35,872 nucleotides of DNA from Gemmatimonadaceae bacterium. Its GTDB lineage: Bacteria > Gemmatimonadota > Gemmatimonadetes > Gemmatimonadales > Gemmatimonadaceae. The notes under the pieces are model-generated. The model was not told the origin of the DNA. It made no database searches and was given only the letters and a program-made list of their open reading frames with translations. The DNA lies in the NCBI GenBank assembly GCA_036280115.1, contig DASURJ010001091.1, positions 1 to 35,872 of the forward strand, in the 5' to 3' direction. The first letter of the stretch is position 1, and each line of letters starts with the position of its first letter. Both the position numbers and the translations under genes were made by a program. Positions 16,104-24,303 of the stretch are shown here, one piece after another.

Positions 16104-18693
16104 GCGCCGCTAGCTCCCGTTCGAGTTCGTCGATCCGGCGCTGCTGTTCGCCCTGCGCGCCCAAGGCAACGAGACCAGCCCGTTGCCCGTCCACGCCCAG
16201 CATTCCGTTCGGTTGCTGCCTCACGATCGGAGCTGCGTCCGTTCGGAGAATGTCTTGCGCCATCGGCCCGACCTGACGCCCCGGCGCGCCGCCGGGCATG
16301 TTCGGGTCCTTGTACGCGTAGGAGAAATTCGACAGGCCGCGAAGGTCCGTCTGGCTGGTCTTCGGGCCCGCGCGAGGGACGCTTCGAATGTCCTCGGCAT
16401 CACCGATGTCCACCTCCGTGCTCGACAGGTTCTCCGCGTCGCCGATGTCCACCTTGATGCGAGGCTTGCCCTTGGGCTTCGGCTTCGCGCGGTAGGCCGG
16501 AGCAGTCGCGTCGCGATAGGACGGGCCTGCCTCGCGCCGAATCGACTCGGGCGGCTCGCCGGGGCGCTCGGGGCGCGGCGCTTCGCGGAGCGGCCCACTG
16601 CCGGCGGGGATGCCCGTCTGATTCTCGTAGTACCGACCGATGCCTAGTTCCGCGAACCGAGGACTGATTTCGCCCGTCGCCATTCCGCGCGCGGCGTCCT
16701 GGTAGGCAAACTCTTCGGCTTCCAGCGCCGCCTGCTTTTTGGCCCGCTCGTCGCTCGTGACGTAGCTCGAATTGACGGGCTGGAATCCAGGGCTCTGATA
16801 CGTGGGAATCGGCGGTGGGGTGAGCTGGTCTTGGATCTGACCGTACGCGCTCGAGAGCATTCCTAGCATCCCCGGCGCAGTTCCGCCGCCCGCAGCATCC
16901 GACACGGATTTGCCGTGCTGAACGTTCGCCTGCTCGGCCGCGAACTGCGGCATCGCCGCGTCCGCGCCGGCCACCATGCTCGCGTCCTGCTGATAGCCCG
17001 CGGTCGGGCTGTTCATGCCGGAATAGGCGCCCGGCGGCCCGATGTCCGTTTTCGCGTTCACGTCGGAGAGCGCGCCTACGAGCAGACCGAGCCCGGCCGC
17101 GTCGCGGCTCTGGTCGTACGCCGCATTCGCCATCCCCGCCTGCAACCCCTGGCCGCTCTTGAGCGCCTCGAGTTGCATGTTGAGGTTCGCCTGGTTCGTG
17201 ACGGTTTGCAGGCCCATCCCCTGGTACGCCTGATCGGCGCCGTAACCCTGGGCCGCAGCCTGATTCGCGAGCCCGCCCATCTGCGCGTTGTAGCCGAGGC
17301 CCGTCGCCATCGCCTGGTTTCCGAGGCCCTGAGCGCCGAGCGCGAATTGCTGCCCCTGCGCGACGGACTGGTTCCCGAGGCCGATGCCCGCGAGCGCGGC
17401 CTGATCGCCGGCAGCCTGCCGACCCGCGGCGATCTGCTGCATGTTCGTGGCGTAGGCGTCGTTCATGCCGGCTTGCTGGAGCGCCTGGCCAGACACACCA
17501 AGAGCCGTCTGCGATTCGATGCCCTGCTGCTGATTCGCGAGCCCGCCCGCCTGCCCGAGCGCCGCGGTTTGCCCCTGGAGCGCACCGATGTCCTGCCCGC
17601 GCGCGGCAGTCTGCAAACCGCCCTGCGCGGATAGCGCGTTGGTCGCCTGCCCGAGCGCGCCCGTCTGGCCCATGAGGGCTTGGATGTCCTGTCCGCGCGC
17701 CTGCCCGAGGGCCTGGGTCTGCGCGGAGAGGCCCTGGATGTCCTGCGAACGCGCGGTGCCGAGCGCGCCCGTTTCGAGGCCCATCGCCTGGAGTTGCCGA
17801 TTGCGGAAGTCGTCGGACTCCTTCGCGCGGAGCAGGGCCATCGACTGATTCGTGTCCTGCTGCTGCGCCGCGTTCGCGAAAAGCGCCTGCCTTTCCGCGC
17901 CCGCGTTCGCGCCGCCGCGCCCGGAGCGCGCCATCGCGAGGTTCGACGCCATCGCGTTCTGCGCGCCCTGGCGGAGCTGCACCTCGGCCATCGAGGCGCC
18001 AGGTCCCTGCTGGTAGAAGTCGCGGATCGCTCCCGCGTTGCCCTGTTGCGCCGCTGTCGTCGTGCCCGCGACTCCGAGCGCCTGAGCGTTCGCCGTCTGC
18101 GCCTGCGGGGTCTTCGCGGCCGCGCCAAGCGCCGAAGCGTTCGAGCCGATGGCGCCCGCGTTGGCACCGAGGGCCCCCGCCGTCTGCGCCTGCGCTTGGT
18201 TGTTCGCGGCAGCAGCGCCTAGCGCGCCCGCGTTGCCCATGAGCCCTTGCTGCGCGCCCTGGCTCGTCTGCGCCGCCTGCTGCGCGCCAGCGAGGTTCAC
18301 CGTCGGCGCCTGCCGCCCTTGCGCGGTCATCGCCTGGTTTTGCAGATTCGCGGCCTGTTGGCCCTGAGCGCTCTGGATGCCGCCGCCGGCCGCCTGCGCC
18401 ATGTCCGCGCGCTGGTTCCCCTGCGCGAGCCCGGCGCCGCCCATCGCGTCCTGAGCGCCCGCGCGACCCGCCATCGCCGCCGCGCCCGCCGCGCCCTGCT
18501 GGGCGAATCCGCCCGCCGCCGCCTGCCGTTCCGCGTTCGCAGCTTGGCCCTGCTTCCACAGCTCCTTCTCCATGCGCTTGGCCCAAGCGCCTTCCATGTT
18601 GTGCCCGCCGATGTCGGACGCGTTCTCATCGATCTTCGGCGCCTTCACCTCGTCCTGGCTGAAGATATCGACGATGGGGTCGTAGATGGCCAT
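16081..18693 (-). CDS. Gln/Ala/Gly-rich fibre-like protein with a C-terminal intramolecular chaperone (Peptidase_S74-like) domain
   Basis: About 500 aa of degenerate QAxG repeats. Motifs LSDVNAKTDI and TSDERAKKQ resemble the S-D-x-R-x-K cleavage context. The C-terminus reads FSYAYKDPNMPGGAPGRQVGPMAQDILRTDAAPIV...GMLGVDGQRAGLVALGAQGEQQRRIDELERELAAL, typical of the endosialidase-chaperone domain. Confidence 0.65.
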   Translation of the reverse strand: MAIYDPIVDIFSQDEVKAPKIDENASDIGGHNMEGAWAKRMEKELWKQGQAANAERQAAAGGFAQQGAAGAAAMAGRAGAQDAMGGAGLAQGNQRADMAQAAGGGIQSAQGQQAANLQNQAMTAQGRQAPTVNLAGAQQAAQTSQGAQQGLMGNAGALGAAAANNQAQAQTAGALGANAGAIGSNASALGAAAKTPQAQTANAQALGVAGTTTAAQQGNAGAIRDFYQQGPGASMAEVQLRQGAQNAMASNLAMARSGRGGANAGAERQALFANAAQQQDTNQSMALLRAKESDDFRNRQLQAMGLETGALGTARSQDIQGLSAQTQALGQARGQDIQALMGQTGALGQATNALSAQGGLQTAARGQDIGALQGQTAALGQAGGLANQQQGIESQTALGVSGQALQQAGMNDAYATNMQQIAAGRQAAGDQAALAGIGLGNQSVAQGQQFALGAQGLGNQAMATGLGYNAQMGGLANQAAAQGYGADQAYQGMGLQTVTNQANLNMQLEALKSGQGLQAGMANAAYDQSRDAAGLGLLVGALSDVNAKTDIGPPGAYSGMNSPTAGYQQDASMVAGADAAMPQFAAEQANVQHGKSVSDAAGGGTAPGMLGMLSSAYGQIQDQLTPPPIPTYQSPGFQPVNSSYVTSDERAKKQAALEAEEFAYQDAARGMATGEISPRFAELGIGRYYENQTGIPAGSGPLREAPRPERPGEPPESIRREAGPSYRDATAPAYRAKPKPKGKPRIKVDIGDAENLSSTEVDIGDAEDIRSVPRAGPKTSQTDLRGLSNFSYAYKDPNMPGGAPGRQVGPMAQDILRTDAAPIVRQQPNGMLGVDGQRAGLVALGAQGEQQRRIDELERELAALGVRSAA

Positions 18694-18696
18694 GGG

Positions 18697-21600
18697 TTAC
18701 CTGTTGACGGGTGGGATGGGGCGGCCCTGCTCGCGGCGGGGACGGTAGTCGAGCGCCACTCCAACAAAAGCGAGCCCTTCGGTCAAAGTCGAGCCGTCCT
18801 GAGTCTCGGAAATCCGCAGCGCATAGCTCCCGCCCTTCTGGTAGGGGATTTGCCAGCCGCGCAGAACCTGGTCCCCGACGGTTGCCCCGAGGGCGGCCGT
18901 CGCATCGACGAACGAGTGCGCGGAGCTGAACGTCTGCGAGTCGTTGACCGCGATCCGGATATCGCACCCACAGTCGCCCCGGTACTCCGCCATCACGCCG
19001 ACCATGCGAACCCGTCCGTCCCCGAACATGCCCGCGGGCTTGAGCGGGTGCGTCTCGATCGTCACGCCGTACCAGGTGGACGTGCGGTCCGAGTAGGTGC
19101 CGGGCGTCATCACGTCGATTGCGCTCGTCGTGGCGAGCGCGAGCTTTCCGTCCCAGAGCGCGCCGGAGATGTGCGCGACGCCTCCCGCGATCGTGTCCAC
19201 GGACCAGAGCCCGATTCCCTGCTCGTCCAGTTGTGTGTAGTCGTAGCAGAGCACGCGGCCCTCGGTGCCCGCCGAGTTCGTCACGGTGAACGCGACGATA
19301 TGCTCCTCGGGAACGAGCGTTGCGCTGGTGACGACCGGGTAGCTTGCCATCACGTCGCTCACATTGCGACCGACCCACGCGACCGGGCCGAAACCGCGAG
19401 GCAGGAGGTGAATCTCCCCGTCGTTGCCCTGGAACATGAGCCCTTGCGGCGTCTCGACGAGCGAGCGCCATTCGTTGCAGCCGACCTGGCTCGACAGTCG
19501 GCGTGGCTCGTCGAAACCGCCTTGCGCCGTGTCGTCGGGACCGGCGCCACTGATGATGAAAATCGCGTCCGTCGCGAACACCGTCCACACGTCGTCGAGC
19601 ACAGCGACGCATCCGACGCGCCCCTGGATTCGAGCTCGAAAGCTGCGGTGATTCGAGAAGTGGACCGCCTCGCCTGGGAAGAACAGTTTCGACCACTGCA
19701 CTTCCGACGGGTCTTCCAGTCCGCCGCAGATGACGCGATCCTTTCCTGCCCAGATTGACCGGCATGGCGGGGGAGTGTCGTTTTGCAGCGGGCCGGATAG
19801 GCCGCCGCGGGCGCCTTGGGTGTAGAGGACGGGGTTTAGGCGTGCGGTCGCGTCCGCAATGTTGTCAGTGAATCCGCCGCTTGACGCGTCGAGTCCGCTT
19901 GGGACCGAAACGCGATAGAAGATCGCTTCGTCCACGAGCGTGCGCCAGAGGTCAATGCGTACGCTGCCGGTCGTGCCTGCGACGCTGCGCTGGTAGTCCG
20001 TCATGCGCTCCGGCGCCTGTGCATAGATGCCTAGCGTCTGAGTGCTCCCGCCGCCCGCCGTAACCGTGAACGGGTCGCTAACCTGAGAAAGGACCAGGTT
20101 GTTCCCGGCGTAGGTCCGGAGCGTCATGACGTATTGGTAGTCACCGTCGCCAAGGTTCCCGCCGCCAGCGTCTGCGATGCTGATGAGCTGTGGCGGAACG
20201 CTGTATCCGGCCTCCGCCGCGAGCAGCCCATCGAAGCACACGAGCAGACTATTCGCGATGTAGCGAAGGCCGGAAGCGAACGCGCTTTGGAGTCGAGCTG
20301 TACCGCGGAGCTTCGCAAGCGCCGTCGCGCAGGAAACGAATGGAGCGGCGCCGGTCTCCACGGTGTCCCCCAGGATGCGCGGATGGCCCCACATGATGTA
20401 CGACTGGCCGCTCAGCGTGAAAATCGGCGCTTCGGCCAGGTGCGCAGCGTCGCTCCAGTGCAGCGCGGAGTCGCGAGCCAGTGTCGCGTGGATTCCTCGG
20501 ATCGGGCTTGAGCTCGTGAACTCCAGACTGCAAAGGCAGTAGTTGCGCTGGAAGTCCGCGTCCGTGGTGCCCCAGACGTAGGCGAGATCCGACGTGAGAG
20601 CGACAGGCTTGGAGGCGAGCCCCATCCCATGGAGCACGACGGTTGTCGTGCCGAGCGCGTGGCTCGTTGTGTTGACCGAGCGGATCCAAGATCGTGCATC
20701 ACCAGACGTGCGCGCGGTCCAGAGGACGTGGACCACGCTGGAAGTTCCGCGTAGCAGCGCTACCGGACCCTCAGCCGTTGTCGATGCTATGGTCGTGGGC
20801 CCAGCTACGCTCGTTAGCGTGCTGTCGAATGTCTGGATCTTCACGTCGTCATCGGATGCGTCGCGCCAAGCAACGGCGATGTTTTCGCCGGTCGCGCCGA
20901 GCACCGAGAGCCCAACGCCGTCCGCCGTGAAATCCACGGAGTCCGCAAGCGTGCCGGCGCCGAAGGTCCAGAGGATGAGCGACAGCTCCGTGCTGCTCTT
21001 GCGGAACGCGACGGCGATCTGCGTTGAGGAGTAGGAGCAAATGTCGAAGTCGTACTGGGCCGCAAGCAGCGTCAGGCCGTTCGTCATGTCCTGGAGCGCG
21101 CTCCAGGTTCCGCCCGCCGCTGTCGTGTCGAACGAGCGACAGCGTATGCTCTCCGCGCTCGTGTTCTCCGCCCAGCACGCCACGAACGAGTTTCCGCAGG
21201 CGACGACGCGGGCCTTCCGAATCACGGTTCCGGAGTCGAGTGACTCCATGTCGCGAATCGTCCGCGTGGCCACGTCGTACACGATCGCCGAAACATCCGT
21301 GCTCGACGCGAAGACGGTGCATATGAGCCCGTTCGCGTAGGCCGACGAAACCTCGGTCACGCTTCCGCCGCCCCATGCGGCCGGACCAGGGAGCCGCTCG
21401 GGAGCCTCGAACGGCGGGAGTGTCCCGTGGGTGAGCCACCGGCTATCGGAACCGAAGCCGTAGACGCGATCCTCCGCGTCCGTGTATTTGGCGATGGCGA
21501 GCCCGGCGGTAGAGGGCAGAACTGCCTGGACGGGCAGGCTCGCAGACATGACGGCGGAGCCGCTCTGGCCGGTGAGCCCCTTTGCCACGGCCCCCGGGCG

Positions 21601-21726
21601 CTTCGCCACCCGTGACAGCTTTGTCATGCGGGCGTTGCTCAGGGTCTTCAAAAGTCCCTGCGGAGCGACCTTGGCCTCGATCTTGCTATCCTGGCCTTTC
21701 TGGAACGGAAGCTGGATCAGCGCCAT
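18697..21726 (-). CDS. Large tail protein, tentatively tail tubular protein B / nozzle (T7 gp12-like), 1009 aa
   Basis: Internal ATG at 21726. The N-terminus MALIQLPFQKGQDS...KRPG resembles my recollection of the T7 gp12 N-terminus (MALISQSIKNLKGG...KRP). Size and position fit. The similarity was not verified by search. Confidence 0.5.
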   Translation of the reverse strand: MALIQLPFQKGQDSKIEAKVAPQGLLKTLSNARMTKLSRVAKRPGAVAKGLTGQSGSAVMSASLPVQAVLPSTAGLAIAKYTDAEDRVYGFGSDSRWLTHGTLPPFEAPERLPGPAAWGGGSVTEVSSAYANGLICTVFASSTDVSAIVYDVATRTIRDMESLDSGTVIRKARVVACGNSFVACWAENTSAESIRCRSFDTTAAGGTWSALQDMTNGLTLLAAQYDFDICSYSSTQIAVAFRKSSTELSLILWTFGAGTLADSVDFTADGVGLSVLGATGENIAVAWRDASDDDVKIQTFDSTLTSVAGPTTIASTTAEGPVALLRGTSSVVHVLWTARTSGDARSWIRSVNTTSHALGTTTVVLHGMGLASKPVALTSDLAYVWGTTDADFQRNYCLCSLEFTSSSPIRGIHATLARDSALHWSDAAHLAEAPIFTLSGQSYIMWGHPRILGDTVETGAAPFVSCATALAKLRGTARLQSAFASGLRYIANSLLVCFDGLLAAEAGYSVPPQLISIADAGGGNLGDGDYQYVMTLRTYAGNNLVLSQVSDPFTVTAGGGSTQTLGIYAQAPERMTDYQRSVAGTTGSVRIDLWRTLVDEAIFYRVSVPSGLDASSGGFTDNIADATARLNPVLYTQGARGGLSGPLQNDTPPPCRSIWAGKDRVICGGLEDPSEVQWSKLFFPGEAVHFSNHRSFRARIQGRVGCVAVLDDVWTVFATDAIFIISGAGPDDTAQGGFDEPRRLSSQVGCNEWRSLVETPQGLMFQGNDGEIHLLPRGFGPVAWVGRNVSDVMASYPVVTSATLVPEEHIVAFTVTNSAGTEGRVLCYDYTQLDEQGIGLWSVDTIAGGVAHISGALWDGKLALATTSAIDVMTPGTYSDRTSTWYGVTIETHPLKPAGMFGDGRVRMVGVMAEYRGDCGCDIRIAVNDSQTFSSAHSFVDATAALGATVGDQVLRGWQIPYQKGGSYALRISETQDGSTLTEGLAFVGVALDYRPRREQGRPIPPVNR
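21613..21626. promoter_or_regulatory. Third copy of the TGACA-N4-TGTCA palindrome (TGACA-gctt-TGTCA)
   Basis: Same half-sites and spacing as 173..190 and 414..429. It lies about 100 nt inside the 5' end of the nozzle gene and about 140 nt upstream of the + strand moron start at 21765. Confidence 0.4.
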
Positions 21727-21764
21727 TCTTGGCCCGCCTCCCCGCAACCCTTCAGAGTGACCCC

Positions 21765-22097
21765 ATGAAAAAGACCTTCCTGCTCCTCATGCTCTCCGGC
21801 TGCTGCGCCGACCCGTCCGATACCCCGGAACCATCCTGCGTAGCGACCGAAAGCGAATCGCTCTCCGTCATCGACGAAACCGAATGCGCCTGGTACGGCA
21901 GCTCCCCGGGAACCGAGGGCGCGCTCATCGAGATCCGCTACCCGCGCACCGACGGAGCGTGCCCTGTCGCGTGCGGCTGGGACGGATTCTGCGCCGGCTA
22001 CGCCGACGACCTCTGCTTCCCGTGCCCAGCTGGCATCGAGGTGTTCGTGCCGCTCCAAGATGGCGGCGTGACCATCGAATGCCCCGAGGCCGAGTAA
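21765..22097 (+). CDS. Cys-rich secreted lipoprotein (moron; superinfection-exclusion candidate)
   Basis: Internal ATG at 21765. MKKTFLLLMLSGC carries a canonical lipobox (LSGC). The mature part has 9 further Cys residues. It is encoded opposite to the flanking late genes. Confidence 0.65.
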   Translation: MKKTFLLLMLSGCCADPSDTPEPSCVATESESLSVIDETECAWYGSSPGTEGALIEIRYPRTDGACPVACGWDGFCAGYADDLCFPCPAGIEVFVPLQDGGVTIECPEAE

Positions 22098-22310
22098 ATG
22101 CGCGTCCTGATCGTGCGCCTCACGAAGGCCGAACTCGACCGGTTCGCCGATCGCTTCGCCACTACGAACGGCAGCGCGGCCGCACTCGTCGGAATCCTCG
22201 AACGGATGCCCGGCTTTTTCTCCCTGCGGAAACGCGCAGAGGGTCGGCGCATCCTGATCGTTCCGAATCGGCAGCGCGGCGAGAAGCGCATGGAGGAGGG
22301 CGAGCTGTAG
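22098..22310 (+). CDS. Small ribbon-helix-helix-like protein (70 aa)
   Basis: The ATG immediately follows the lipoprotein TAA. The N-terminus MRVLIVRLTKAELDRFADRFATTNGSAAALVGILERM fits a beta-strand/helix/helix (CopG/MobC-like) pattern. It ends in TAG. Confidence 0.45.
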   Translation: MRVLIVRLTKAELDRFADRFATTNGSAAALVGILERMPGFFSLRKRAEGRRILIVPNRQRGEKRMEEGEL

Positions 22311-22312
22311 AA

Positions 22313-23344
22313 TCACGCGGACCTCGCGGGCTCGATCACGATCGCGATGTGCGCCTTGTTCGCGGCGTTCGTGAGGCCGGACCAGCTCATCGTGGTCGTT
22401 CCGGGGCGGGGCATCGATTTGTAGGAGGCTTGGAGCGAGACGGTCGCCGAGCCCGCCGAGCCGTCCACGATTTCGGTTTGGCCAGCGCCGGGCGTTCCGG
22501 TGTCCGTCTCGTCGTCGTTGGCCATGAAGTCGAGGATCAGGGCGCCGGGACGGGTCGTCGTGATGTCTCCGGAGGTTACGGTCGTCGTGGCGCTGTCGGT
22601 CGAGGCGGCGGCGGCCGGCAGGTAGTCTTGTGCGGCACCGATGACCCATAGCGCCACTCCGAGCAGATCGGTCGTGTGGTCCGGAACGCTCACGGACGCC
22701 GTTGCGGCCAGCGCGGCGGGCAGCGTGTACACGTCGCCGCGTACGGTCGTGGCACTGTTCGAACCGCGCCGCGACATGCCGACCGATCCCTGGTCCACAG
22801 GGAGTACGACGCTCGTGCCTTGGATCGCGTAGAAGAACACCAGCATCGGCAGATCCGTACCGGCCGGCGGAGTCGGAGGCGTCACGCTCAGAACACCAGT
22901 GGTCACGCCAGCCAGGGCGCTCGCTGCGTCGAACTCGACCGGTCGTGAAAACCCGCCGAACCACCCCGACGCATCGGGATAGAGGACGTGGAGCCCTTCA
23001 TCGATCCACCCCACGTCGCGGCCATTGATCGTCGAATCCACGGGGTCGAGCACGACGACGCCGCCCGACGAGTTGTAAATCGCGAGGGGCTGGCCGGCCG
23101 TGTCGGGGGTGGGCTTGGCGAGCAGGATGGTCGTGGCCGCGCTGACTGGCAGGAACATCCCGGGGCGCGCCAGGAATCCGCTTTCGGTCACGGCGACCTG
23201 GGGAGCAAGCCGGCGCGTCGCGGCGAGTTGGGCGCCTTGGTGCGCGTTCCGGATGCCTTCCTGGAACCGCATGAGCTTTTCGTTCAGCTCGCGGTTATTC
23301 GGGTCGAACGTCGATTCCTTCGGGATGGTGAGGCGGCCCGTCAC
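22313..23344 (-). CDS. Tail-associated structural protein (343 aa)
   Basis: GTG at 23344 overlaps the upstream TGA (GTGA). The Arg-rich part of track ORF 22313..23770 upstream of this GTG is a shadow of the neighbouring gene. Confidence 0.55.
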   Translation of the reverse strand: MTGRLTIPKESTFDPNNRELNEKLMRFQEGIRNAHQGAQLAATRRLAPQVAVTESGFLARPGMFLPVSAATTILLAKPTPDTAGQPLAIYNSSGGVVVLDPVDSTINGRDVGWIDEGLHVLYPDASGWFGGFSRPVEFDAASALAGVTTGVLSVTPPTPPAGTDLPMLVFFYAIQGTSVVLPVDQGSVGMSRRGSNSATTVRGDVYTLPAALAATASVSVPDHTTDLLGVALWVIGAAQDYLPAAAASTDSATTTVTSGDITTTRPGALILDFMANDDETDTGTPGAGQTEIVDGSAGSATVSLQASYKSMPRPGTTTMSWSGLTNAANKAHIAIVIEPARSA

Positions 23345-24054
23345 GAGGTCTCCACCATCGGGAATCCGCGTCGCGCGCCGATGTCCTGGATCTCCGGCGG
23401 GTGGTCGTCGCGGTCGCCGGCCATGGCTTCCAGGCGCACGATTTCGGCGTCGCGAAGCTCGCGTAGGTCGGCGAACGGCTGCTGTTCGATCGCGCGCAGG
23501 CGCATCGCCAGCTCCAGCGCCGGCAGCTCTTCCCAGCCGTTGACGAAGTCCTTGGTGTCGCTTGTGTCGTGCGTGAAATCGACCCAGCTCGGCAGGTAGT
23601 AGTGTCGCGCCGTGACCGCGCTTGTGGGCGTGGGCAGGATGATGACGTTCGCTCCCTGGAGACGGTACGCTTTCACGCCGCCTTCGACCCAAGAGCCGAA
23701 GTTGACGAACCGCGAGCGCGCCAGCACGGATTCGTACGTCGGCACGTTTTCGTGCCTGTTCGCGGCCCATTCGAGCGTGATGCCGTGCGTTCGGTAGTGC
23801 GTAGCCGGCAGCGCGTACGAGGACGTACCTGCCACGATCGAATGCGTCGCCGTCGTCGTGAAACGCTCGGCGCCGCCGGCCCGGATGATCAGATCGTAGT
23901 ACCGCGCACAGGCGAGGTTCAGGATCTGGTTCTGGCCGGCGTACGTCGAGGTCGAAACGTTGACGACAAACTGGTCCGTATCCCCGCCCGGGCGAAGGTC
24001 CGCGTACGCCTGGGCGAGGAGCCGGATTGCTTGCTGGGTGACGTTGCGAGCCAG
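23341..24054 (-). CDS. Connector/tail-region structural protein with a proposed non-canonical CTG start (237 aa)
   Basis: The frame is open from the TAG at 24058..24060 down to 23341. The first ATG/GTG/TTG is only at 23835, yet the 74 preceding codons are about 85 percent GC3 by my count. CTG at 24054 lies 6 nt downstream of GAAGAGGAG. Confidence 0.5.
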   Translation of the reverse strand: MARNVTQQAIRLLAQAYADLRPGGDTDQFVVNVSTSTYAGQNQILNLACARYYDLIIRAGGAERFTTTATHSIVAGTSSYALPATHYRTHGITLEWAANRHENVPTYESVLARSRFVNFGSWVEGGVKAYRLQGANVIILPTPTSAVTARHYYLPSWVDFTHDTSDTKDFVNGWEELPALELAMRLRAIEQQPFADLRELRDAEIVRLEAMAGDRDDHPPEIQDIGARRGFPMVETS

Positions 24055-24057
24055 GGG

Positions 24058-24303
24058 CTACTCCTCTTCCGGGTAGGTCTCGCCCTCGGCCTCCTCGTCG
24101 TCTCCGCCCATCGCGCAGGCGTTGTAGGCGCGCTTGAACGCCTCGGCGGCGCCCTTGTAGTCGCCGGCCTTCCCGCGCGTGAACATGTCCTCCATCGCGC
24201 GTTCCTCCATGCCCATCGGAGAGTCCTCGCCCGGGCCCATCTTCCCCGGTTTCCCGAGGCTTCCGAGCCCGAGCGCGTCGAGACCCATTTTGCCCATGGC
24301 CAT
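24058..24303 (-). CDS. Small Gly/Met-rich protein with an acidic C-terminus (81 aa)
   Basis: Internal ATG at 24303 overlaps the upstream TGA (TGATG). Sequence MAMGKMGLDALGLGSLGKPGKMGPGED...GGDDEEAEGETYPEEE. Its TAG stop is in frame with the next gene. Confidence 0.5.
   Translation of the reverse strand: MAMGKMGLDALGLGSLGKPGKMGPGEDSPMGMEERAMEDMFTRGKAGDYKGAAEAFKRAYNACAMGGDDEEAEGETYPEEE

Noticed and set aside
16400-18586. A 728-aa - strand ORF and several long + strand ORFs (16915..17634, 17680..18222, 18247..19758) over the fibre and nozzle genes
   Set aside because: They are alternative frames of the Q/A/G-repeat gene and its neighbour. Their extreme Arg/Gly/Pro content and lack of motifs contrast with the chosen frame, which carries the chaperone-domain signature.
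21582-21764. An N-terminal extension of the lipoprotein ORF (track start 21582)
   Set aside because: The extension overlaps the 5' end of the nozzle gene on the other strand and is Pro/Arg/Ser-rich. The internal ATG at 21765 gives a canonical signal peptide and lipobox.
24058-24060. Genome-wide TAG reassignment as the explanation for the in-frame TAG
   Set aside because: TAG appears to terminate other well-delimited genes (5409..5972, 10430..10816, 22098..22310, 34593..34784), each followed directly by coupled neighbours. A global recoding is therefore unlikely. A local CTG start or local readthrough is retained as the finding.
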